Source: Candidatus Gastranaerophilales bacterium
GTDB lineage: Bacteria > Cyanobacteriota > Vampirovibrionia > Gastranaerophilales > Gastranaerophilaceae
DNA length: 64,000 nt
Reading direction: 5' to 3'
NCBI GenBank assembly: GCA_944323135.1
Contig: CALURI010000013.1
Span: 1,039 to 65,038, forward strand
Shown one piece after another: positions 57,246-64,000 of the stretch (position 1 is the stretch's first letter; every line of letters begins with the position of its first letter). The notes under the pieces were generated by a model. The model saw nothing but the letters and a program-made list of their open reading frames with translations, was not told where the DNA came from and did not search any database. Position numbers and translations under genes: made by a program.

Positions 57246-57414
57246 TTGTCTTTCCTCAAAAATATTATATTATAAACATGATTAACTGTATAATTCCTGT
57301 AACGTTTCGTAAAAGTTTTGTAACAGATTTTACCATGCTTTATTATTGTTGATGTAAAATTATAGAACAAGCATGTTAAATGAATTAAAATAAAAAATAT
57401 AAGGGGAGGTTAAT

Positions 57415-59397
57415 GTGACAGATTCCACATGTATGGATAAATTAGATTTATCCGAAAATGCGATTAAAGTTCTTGAAAAAAGATACTTAAAAAGAGATAA
57501 AGAGGGGAAATGTGTTGAAACACCTGCTGATATGTTCAGACGTGTATCTGATACTATTGCTGCGGGAGATTTAAAATTTGGAAAAACTCAGGCTGATGTT
57601 GATAAATTATCTGACAGATTTTATGAAGCTATAACTAACAGATATTTTATGCCTAATTCTCCGACTTTAATGAATGCAGGTCGTGAATTGGGACAATTAG
57701 CAGCTTGTTTCGTACTTCCTGTAGAAGATTCTCTTGAAGGTATTTTTGAAACTGTTAAAAATACTGCTTTAATTCATAAATCAGGTGGCGGTACAGGTTT
57801 TTCTTTCTCAAAATTAAGACCTAAAAACAGTGTTGTAAGATCGACTATGGGAGTATCTTCAGGGCCGGTTTCATTTATGGAAGTGTTTAATGCCGCAACT
57901 GAAGCTGTTAAACAAGGAGGCACAAGACGTGGCGCTAATATGGGAATCTTAAGAGTTGATCACCCTGATATTCTTGATTTCATTGAATGCAAAAGCGATA
58001 ATAATAAATTGAATAACTTTAATATTTCTGTTGCAATTACTGATAAATTTATGGAAGCTTTGAAAAACGGAACAGATTATGAATTAATCAATCCGCAAAA
58101 CAATACTGTTGCAGGGAAATTAAGTGCTAAAAAAGTATTCGATTTAATCGTTGACGGAGCTTGGAGAAACGGTGAACCGGGTATTATATTTATTGATAAA
58201 ATGAATTCAGATAATCCTACTCCGCTTGTTGGTGAAATTGAATCCACAAATCCTTGCGGTGAAGTTCCTTTGTTGGCTTATGAAGCTTGTAACTTAGGTT
58301 CTATAAATTTAGGTAGAATGGTTGAAAACGGTTCAATTAATTGGGATTTACTTGCAAAAACAACAAGAACTGCTATAAGATTTTTGGATAACGTAATCGC
58401 AGTAAATAATTACCCTTTGCCTCAAATTTCTGAAATGGTTCAAAATAACAGAAAAATCGGTCTTGGTGTAATGGGTTGGGCTGACATGCTTATGAAACTC
58501 GGAATCTCTTATGCTTCAGCTGAAGGAACAAAATTGGCCGGTCAAGTTATGGAATTTATTGATTACGAATCAAAATGCGAATCAATTGAGCTTTCAAAAG
58601 AAAGAGGTAGATTTAATAATTTCAAAGGCAGTGTATATGAAAGACCAAATTATTTGTATAATAAATATAGAGGCAAATCTGCAGGTAAGATTTCTGATGA
58701 CCAATGGAAACAATTGGATGAGGAAATTGCAAAAGTTGGAATAAGAAATGCAACAACAACTTGTATTGCTCCTACAGGTACAATATCTATGATTGCATCA
58801 GCTTCCGGTGGTGTTGAACCGTTGTTCGGTCTTGTATTTTCAAGATTGATTATGGACGGTACTGAAATGCTTGAAGTTAATCCTATATTCAAAGATTATG
58901 CTGTTGAACACGGATTCTATTCAGAATCTTTGATGAAAGAAATTGCAAAAACAGGTTCTGTTGCTCATGTTGACGGAGTTCCTGCTGATGCTAAACATAT
59001 TTTTGTAACAGCTCATGATGTTTCTCCATACTGGCATGTAAAAATGCAGGCTGCATTCCAGCTTCATACAGATAATGCCGTATCAAAAACAGTTAACTTT
59101 GAAGAATATGCAACTCGCAAAGACATTGAAGAAGCTTATATTTTAGCTTATGAAAATAACTTAAAAGGAATAACTGTTTACAGAAATAATTCTCGTCAGT
59201 TCCAACCGATGAATTTAGATGACAAGAAAAAAACTGAGGAAGCTAAAAAAGCAGAAACAGTTGTTGAAGAAACTGTTGACTCTGAAGAGCCGACTGGTGA
59301 AATAAAAACAGTTAAATGTCCTGAATGCGGTAATGAAATTAAAATGGCAGAAGGTTGCTTTATCTGTTTAAAATGCGGATATTCCGGTTGTTCATAG
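57415..59397 (+). CDS. nrdJ: Adenosylcobalamin-dependent (class II) ribonucleotide reductase with C-terminal zinc-ribbon tail
   Basis: VLEKRYL, PNSPTLMNAG, CFVLP, NPCGE and TCIAPTGT motifs. The C-terminus is CPECGN..CFICLKCG. RBS GGGGAGG. The start is GTG 57415 or ATG 57433. Confidence 0.9.
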   Translation: MTDSTCMDKLDLSENAIKVLEKRYLKRDKEGKCVETPADMFRRVSDTIAAGDLKFGKTQADVDKLSDRFYEAITNRYFMPNSPTLMNAGRELGQLAACFVLPVEDSLEGIFETVKNTALIHKSGGGTGFSFSKLRPKNSVVRSTMGVSSGPVSFMEVFNAATEAVKQGGTRRGANMGILRVDHPDILDFIECKSDNNKLNNFNISVAITDKFMEALKNGTDYELINPQNNTVAGKLSAKKVFDLIVDGAWRNGEPGIIFIDKMNSDNPTPLVGEIESTNPCGEVPLLAYEACNLGSINLGRMVENGSINWDLLAKTTRTAIRFLDNVIAVNNYPLPQISEMVQNNRKIGLGVMGWADMLMKLGISYASAEGTKLAGQVMEFIDYESKCESIELSKERGRFNNFKGSVYERPNYLYNKYRGKSAGKISDDQWKQLDEEIAKVGIRNATTTCIAPTGTISMIASASGGVEPLFGLVFSRLIMDGTEMLEVNPIFKDYAVEHGFYSESLMKEIAKTGSVAHVDGVPADAKHIFVTAHDVSPYWHVKMQAAFQLHTDNAVSKTVNFEEYATRKDIEEAYILAYENNLKGITVYRNNSRQFQPMNLDDKKKTEEAKKAETVVEETVDSEEPTGEIKTVKCPECGNEIKMAEGCFICLKCGYSGCS

Positions 59398-59550
59398 GAG
59401 CGTAGCCGCTCCACCCGTCACCTTGAAAGTTAGTAAAACTTTTCAGGTCATTGTGAAAAAAGAGCGTAGCCGCTCTACCCGTGACTTGAAAGTTGGTAAA
59501 ACTTTTTAGGTTCTTGTGAAAAAAAGAGCGTAGAAACTCTATCCAACACA
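59398..59550 (+). repeat. 64-bp tandem repeat (~2.4 copies), each unit with two hairpins
   Basis: Units start at 59398, 59462 and 59526 (GAGCGTAGCCGCTC[C/T]ACCCGT..ACTTGAAAGTT[A/G]GTAAAACTTTT.AGGT..TTGTGAAAAAA). The hairpins are GAGCG-tagc-CGCTC and GAAAGTT-n5-AACTTT(T)C. Confidence 0.9.
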
Positions 59551-59602
59551 AAGATAATAGATAAAATTTATAAAAAAGGTTTATCCGTTAAAAAGAGAGC
59601 TA

Positions 59603-59639
59603 AAATACTACCCCTAAAAAATAAGGGGTAGTATTTTTT
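59603..59639 (+). terminator. Rho-independent terminator
   Basis: AAATACTACCCCT-loop-AGGGGTAGTATTT followed by a T-run. Confidence 0.8.
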
Positions 59640-59739
59640 GTAAATATTTGTTAATATATAATTAAAAATTAGCATTTTTTTTCTTTACGTGTTTTCATGA
59701 GTACAAAGTATGTGTGTAAATTTTGAAAGGTAAAAGCGT

Positions 59740-60612
59740 ATGACAGACAACATGACAATCGGACCGTCTCTTGTAATTGGCGGTAACAAAGTCGAAATGA
59801 CTCAAAAGGGGAAAATTCAGGTTACAAATTCTCAAGGTAAAGTAAATACTTTATCAAAAGATGAATTCAAAAAACAATTAATTAAAAATGAAGACAAAAT
59901 TAGATCAGGCGAAGATTTTGAATTCAAAAAAGATAACAAAAATGCAAAAGCATCAGCAGGTGTTGCAGGACTTCTTGCAGCAGCTTATATCGGTTTAAGT
60001 GTTGCAGTTGGTAAAAAAGCATTGACAAGAGCTGTTCCAAAAGCCGGTGAAAAATTAGGCTTTATTGGAAATGTAAAAAATGTTTTTGTTGCAATCGGTG
60101 AAAGTGGTGTGAAACTTTGGAAAAGTATTTCAGGAACTGCTTCAAAACTTAAAGATAAATTTACCGGCAAATCAGAAAAAGCAGCAAGAAATGTTTTTGA
60201 TGGCGAGAGGACTTCCAATGCTGTTTCAAATGACTTAAATGCAAGATTGACAAGCAAAGAAACTACTAGAGTTAAAAATTTAACTATTGCTAAAATGGCA
60301 GATGAAGATGCTAAATCTTTTGAAAAAAGAGTAATAGATTTAGATACAAAGCACAAACAAGTACAAAAAGAATATAATCAGGCTTTAGGTCTTAAAAAGG
60401 GTCAAAAAGATACAGTTGAAATTATTCCGAGAAAATATATGAAACCTGATGGAACTGTTATGACAGAAAAAGAACGTAAAGCGTTTGATGCAGCTCAAAA
60501 AGCAGCAGCGAGTGCTTCAAAAGCTGAAACTCCTAAGGTTGAAATTAAAGTAGATCCTAAAATGAAAGCTAAGTGGGAAGCAGCTCATCCTGAATTAAAA
60601 GAAACAAAATAA
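59740..60612 (+). CDS. Lys-rich single-pass membrane protein, paralogue of 8528-8968
   Basis: Shared core GVAGLLAAAYIGLSVAVGKK...VKNVFVAIGESGVKLWKSI, followed by a long K/E-rich C-terminal tail. Confidence 0.5.
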   Translation: MTDNMTIGPSLVIGGNKVEMTQKGKIQVTNSQGKVNTLSKDEFKKQLIKNEDKIRSGEDFEFKKDNKNAKASAGVAGLLAAAYIGLSVAVGKKALTRAVPKAGEKLGFIGNVKNVFVAIGESGVKLWKSISGTASKLKDKFTGKSEKAARNVFDGERTSNAVSNDLNARLTSKETTRVKNLTIAKMADEDAKSFEKRVIDLDTKHKQVQKEYNQALGLKKGQKDTVEIIPRKYMKPDGTVMTEKERKAFDAAQKAAASASKAETPKVEIKVDPKMKAKWEAAHPELKETK

Positions 60613-60650
60613 TCGCGGTTTAAGATTGAAAATTTACACATAAAATAAAA

Positions 60651-60685
60651 AATCACTCCTAAAATATAGAGGAGTGATTTTTTTG
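60651..60685 (+). terminator. Rho-independent terminator
   Basis: AATCACTCCT-loop-AGGAGTGATT followed by a T-run. Confidence 0.8.
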
Positions 60686-60700
60686 TTGTATGATAATTTT

Positions 60701-61525
60701 ATGAAAATTTCTGTTGTTACGGCAAGTTATAATTATCAAGATTACATAAAAGAAGCGATACAATCGGTGTTAAATCAAACATATCACGATTGGGAATTAA
60801 TTATAGTTGATGATTGTTCTACTGATAATTCTGTAGAGGTTATAAAATCATACAAGGATGATAGAATAAAGTTATTTGTAAATGAAAAGAATTTAGGGCT
60901 TAAAGAAACAGTAAAGCGTGGGATTGAAAAAGCTTCAGGTGAATGGATTGTATTTTTAGAGAGTGATGATATTTTAACTTCTGATAATATTGAAAAAAAA
61001 CTTGAAATCGTAAAAAAATATCCTGAAATTAATTTAATATTTAATGATTGTGAATTTTTTGGAGATGAAGAACGTGTAAAAAAAGTTGAAAATGATTTGA
61101 GAAAAACAAGAAAAATTTTAAGGGATAAAAAATATCCTGCAAATATGTTTTATAATTTTTATTTAAGTAACAAGATTTTTACATTTTCATCTGTTATGGC
61201 AAAACGTAATGATTTATTAAAAATAAATTTTGAAACTCCAATAGATGTTATTTTGGATTGGTGGTTATGGATACAGCTTTCTTATTTGGGTAAATTTTAT
61301 TATATCCCTGAATATTTGACCAAGTGGCGTTTGCATAAGGAGAGTTATGTATTGCAATCGAGTTATTCATCGCCGGATCAATTCCAGATGAAAATATATA
61401 TGGAAATATTTAAAAAACAAAAAAATTTATATATTTTATTGTTTATTTTATTTGAACAATTTATATGGCATTTACAGAAATTTCAACGCGCAATAAAACG
61501 ATTAATCTTTAATAAAACTAAATAA
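60701..61525 (+). CDS. Family 2 glycosyltransferase
   Basis: MKISVVTASYNYQDYIKEAIQSVLNQTYHDWELIIVDDCSTDNS and the ESDD (DxD-like) motif. Confidence 0.85.
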   Translation: MKISVVTASYNYQDYIKEAIQSVLNQTYHDWELIIVDDCSTDNSVEVIKSYKDDRIKLFVNEKNLGLKETVKRGIEKASGEWIVFLESDDILTSDNIEKKLEIVKKYPEINLIFNDCEFFGDEERVKKVENDLRKTRKILRDKKYPANMFYNFYLSNKIFTFSSVMAKRNDLLKINFETPIDVILDWWLWIQLSYLGKFYYIPEYLTKWRLHKESYVLQSSYSSPDQFQMKIYMEIFKKQKNLYILLFILFEQFIWHLQKFQRAIKRLIFNKTK

Positions 61526-62395
61526 TTTGTTTATCAGAATTGCAAATATTTTTCTTATTGGGAACGGGAAATTTGCCAGAGTATCAAATACAAATTTTTT
61601 AATGCGGAATGGTGTTTTTTTTGAAATTTTTCTTGGGAGTTTTATTAAACCTTTTGGATAATCTTTTAGTAATAATTCATAATTTTCAATTGTTGTTGCA
61701 TCATTATTTCTTAAATCAAATAATGATTTTTTGATAAACGGCATATTGTATTTTTCGATAATTTGTCGCCATTTAAGGATTGTTATATTGTTTATATTTT
61801 CATAAGCATTAATAAATGTTTTGTAAATAAAGTCGTTTTTAAGCAATAATTCTGTCAAACCAATTTCGTAGTTTGAGATAATCTGTTTTTTTGTATTTTG
61901 ATGTTTAATAGATTGGATAAAATCAAAAAAGAAATTTTTTGTAAAAATATTTTTGTTAAATACAATAAAGTAACTTTGAATATGAGGACGTTTTACAAAA
62001 CAATGTTGTAAGTTTTTTTTGTATCCAAAATTATTTTTTGTAATACCCCAAAAATCACAATTTTGGTCTTCCATTTTATCAAATACATTTTTCAGCGGAT
62101 ATAAAGGTCCGTAGCAGCTGTCGTTAGCAAAAATAAGTTCATCAAATTCATCGAGTTTTTCTTTAAGATATAAAAACCCTCTTTTGTATGAACCAAAGTC
62201 ATATTCATCATGAAATTTCGCAATTATGTCAGGTGTAATTGTTTTAACTTTTTCAATTTCGTTATCTGAAAGTTCACAACAAGAAACAAAGACTATTGTG
62301 TCTGTGATTTTTTTCAGCTCTTTAAGATAATAAATTACGTAATCATCAACAATAGCATCTTTATCATAATGTGCGAATATTGCTGCTCTTTTCAT
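61502..62395 (-). CDS. Rhamnan synthesis protein F (RgpF)-like glycosyltransferase, copy 2
   Basis: MKRAAIFAHYDKDAIVDDYVIYYLKEL...FVSCCELSDNEIEKVK is a pattern typical of RgpF-family proteins. The start is at 62395. Confidence 0.65.
   Translation of the reverse strand: MKRAAIFAHYDKDAIVDDYVIYYLKELKKITDTIVFVSCCELSDNEIEKVKTITPDIIAKFHDEYDFGSYKRGFLYLKEKLDEFDELIFANDSCYGPLYPLKNVFDKMEDQNCDFWGITKNNFGYKKNLQHCFVKRPHIQSYFIVFNKNIFTKNFFFDFIQSIKHQNTKKQIISNYEIGLTELLLKNDFIYKTFINAYENINNITILKWRQIIEKYNMPFIKKSLFDLRNNDATTIENYELLLKDYPKGLIKLPRKISKKTPFRIKKFVFDTLANFPFPIRKIFAILINKLFSFIKD
62033..62395 (-). repeat. Direct repeat copy A (5' part of the RgpF-like gene)
   Basis: Collinear with 62958-63320 at a constant 925-bp offset with no indels. 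About 240 bp look identical by eye. Roughly ten mismatches cluster in the ~120 bp nearest the start codon. Confidence 0.85.
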
Positions 62396-62402
62396 AAGAG
62401 AA

Positions 62403-63320
62403 TTATAACATGAATTTGTTATAAAATTTTGTAAAAAGATTTTTGGTAATTTTTGGTTGAATTGCAATAAAGTAGCAGAAATATTTTTTTATTAAAAATT
62501 TAAGTTCATTATCTATATTTAATGATTGGAGTTTTGTTCTAATGAGGTTTTTTTCAATAATTTCAATTGGATAGTTAGTATTTTTTTGTAAAATATTTTG
62601 CCAATCTTGAATTGTGGTCATATAATTTGCAGGATTCCTTAAGACGATACATTTTATAAATGGCATGTGAAAAAATCGTATAAGCGGTCGCCAAAAATAG
62701 ATTAAAGTGTTACTAAATTGATTAAATGCCTTGATATAATAACTTGAAGAAAATCCTTTTGCGTGTAATAGTTCCGTTAATCCTATTTCGTAATTTATTA
62801 TTATGTCATTTTTGTTATCGTAATGTTTTATTGAACTGATAAAATTTTGAAAAATTTCACTCATAAAAATATTTTGTTTAAATACTAAAAAGTAGCTTTG
62901 TAAATGTTCTCTTTTAATAAAGTTGTATCCATTGTGTTTTTTTATAATACCAAGACGATTTTTTGTAATACCCCAAAAATCACAATTTTGGTCTTCCATT
63001 TTATCAAATACATTTTTCAGCGGATATAAAGGTCCGTAGCAGCTGTCGTTAGCAAAAATAAGTTCATCAAATTCATCGAGTTTTTCTTTAAGATATAAAA
63101 ACCCTCTTTTGTATGAACCAAAGTCATATTCATCATGAAATTTCGCAATTATGTCAGGTGTAATTGTTTTAACTTTTTCAATTTCGTTATCTGAAAGTTC
63201 ACAGCAAGAAACGAAAACTATTGTGTCTGTGATTTTGTTCAGCTCTTTAAGATAATAAATTACATAATCATCAATAATAGCATCTTTATCATAATGTGCA
63301 AATATAACAGCTCTTTTCAT
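62403..63320 (-). CDS. Rhamnan synthesis protein F (RgpF)-like glycosyltransferase, copy 1
   Basis: MKRAVIFAHYDKDAIIDDYVIYYLKEL.... The N-terminal ~120 aa are nearly identical to copy 2; the C-terminal half is divergent. Confidence 0.65.
   Translation of the reverse strand: MKRAVIFAHYDKDAIIDDYVIYYLKELNKITDTIVFVSCCELSDNEIEKVKTITPDIIAKFHDEYDFGSYKRGFLYLKEKLDEFDELIFANDSCYGPLYPLKNVFDKMEDQNCDFWGITKNRLGIIKKHNGYNFIKREHLQSYFLVFKQNIFMSEIFQNFISSIKHYDNKNDIIINYEIGLTELLHAKGFSSSYYIKAFNQFSNTLIYFWRPLIRFFHMPFIKCIVLRNPANYMTTIQDWQNILQKNTNYPIEIIEKNLIRTKLQSLNIDNELKFLIKKYFCYFIAIQPKITKNLFTKFYNKFML
62958..63320 (-). repeat. Direct repeat copy B (5' part of the RgpF-like gene)
   Basis: See copy A. Confidence 0.85.
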
Positions 63321-63420
63321 AAATTTATTATAACATAAATTTTACCTTTAATTTACATTCCATCTGGTTTGTAGTATCATTCAATTATAGAATAATTAAA
63401 ACGAGAGGGAATTATAAAAA

Positions 63421-64000
63421 ATGCAAGTATCATTAAACTGGTTAAACGAATTTGTTGATTTATCAGATATAGAAGTTGAACAAATAGCTCATGAACTTAC
63501 AATGAGCGGTTTGGAAGTTGAGGCTGTTGAAGAATTAAAACCTAAATTTACAAATATCAAAACGGTTAAAATTGAAAAAATAGATAACCATCCTAATTCT
63601 GACCATCTTCATCTTGTAACCGTTAATACATCAGACGGACTGAAAACTGTTGTATGCGGAGCTCAAAATATTAAAGAAGGTCAAATTGTTCCTTATGCAT
63701 CTGTAGGTTCACAAGTATTGGACAGAAAAACCAGTGAAATGTTTACATTAACTCCTGCCGTAATCAGAGGGGTTGAATCTCAGGGGATGCTTTGCTCTGC
63801 AGATGAACTTGGTGTTTCTGAACGCGGTTATCAGGAAGAAGACGGTATCCTTATTTTAAATAGGATATTCCCTGATGTGAAAATCGGTCAAGATGTTGCA
63901 GATGTTTTAGCTTTTGAAAAAGATTATATTCTTTTTGTTGCACCAACTGCAAACAGAGGCGATCAAATGTCTGTTATCGGTATTGCCCGTGAATTGAGTG
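63421..64000 (+). CDS. pheT: Phenylalanine--tRNA ligase beta subunit, 3' end outside the window
   Basis: MQVSLNWLNEFVDLSDIEVEQIAHELTMSGLEVEAVE, then a tRNA-binding (OB) domain VVCGAQNIKEGQIVPYA..GVESQGMLCSADELG. RBS GAGAGGGA. The frame is open to the window end. Confidence 0.9.
   Translation, partial: MQVSLNWLNEFVDLSDIEVEQIAHELTMSGLEVEAVEELKPKFTNIKTVKIEKIDNHPNSDHLHLVTVNTSDGLKTVVCGAQNIKEGQIVPYASVGSQVLDRKTSEMFTLTPAVIRGVESQGMLCSADELGVSERGYQEEDGILILNRIFPDVKIGQDVADVLAFEKDYILFVAPTANRGDQMSVIGIARELS

Noticed and set aside
57246-57414. Cobalamin riboswitch or NrdR boxes upstream of nrdJ.
   Set aside because: The 169-nt AT-rich leader is too short and too AT-rich for a cobalamin riboswitch. It shows no B12-box-like GC-rich core, and I saw no acaCwAtATaTwgtgt-type NrdR box pair. 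Only the phased GTAA repeats were noted.
59360-59551. 63-aa minus-strand ORF, and a possible CRISPR array, in the repeats after nrdJ.
   Set aside because: The ORF is simply a reading through the 64-bp tandem repeat. The array has no unique spacers between repeats and no cas genes nearby, so it is a tandem repeat and not a CRISPR array.

Overview
This is a visibly AT-rich, densely coding chromosomal segment from a bacterium with a diderm envelope, shown by LptB/LptFG, a TolC-like outer-membrane factor and TonB-ExbBD. It also carries a flagellar export apparatus. The lineage cannot be fixed from sequence alone; an uncultured gut-type lineage such as Melainabacteria is only a guess.

Housekeeping genes: ftsH, fusA, ileS, ligA, trpS, nrdJ, uppS, rdgB, hup, rsmD, hemW, speB and pheT (partial).

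Envelope and accessory content interleaved with them:
- a fliM/Y-like-fliO-fliP-fliQ-X-fliR mini-operon
- a six-gene tonB-exbB-exbD-exbD operon
- an RND efflux operon
- four intact, dispersed type IV pilin-like genes plus one decayed copy
- a GT2/RgpF-like glycosyltransferase cluster

I recognised no rRNA, tRNA, CRISPR array, transposase or integrase.

Most unusual items:
1. A three-gene operon at 1691-8339. It encodes a giant acidic single-pass membrane protein with a TonB-C-like periplasmic domain, a sigma-70-family factor, and a zinc-ribbon-headed P-loop/helical-repeat (STAND-like) NTPase.
2. A G10 homopolymer in a leader mini-ORF upstream of one pilin gene, a candidate phase-variation switch.
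3. A divergent XRE-pilin cassette present once intact and once as a deletion-fused remnant.
4. An orphan corrinoid Fe-S protein-like pair (AcsD/AcsC-like) translationally coupled to ftsH.
5. A 673-aa repeat protein with helical termini and no recognisable family.
6. An in-frame 54-bp tandem repeat between fliP and fliQ, and a 64-bp hairpin tandem repeat after nrdJ.
7. Two tandem RgpF-like genes with a homogenised 5' tract and divergent 3' halves.

All functional calls come from motif recognition by eye. Hairpin and repeat coordinates are accurate to about +/-2 nt.
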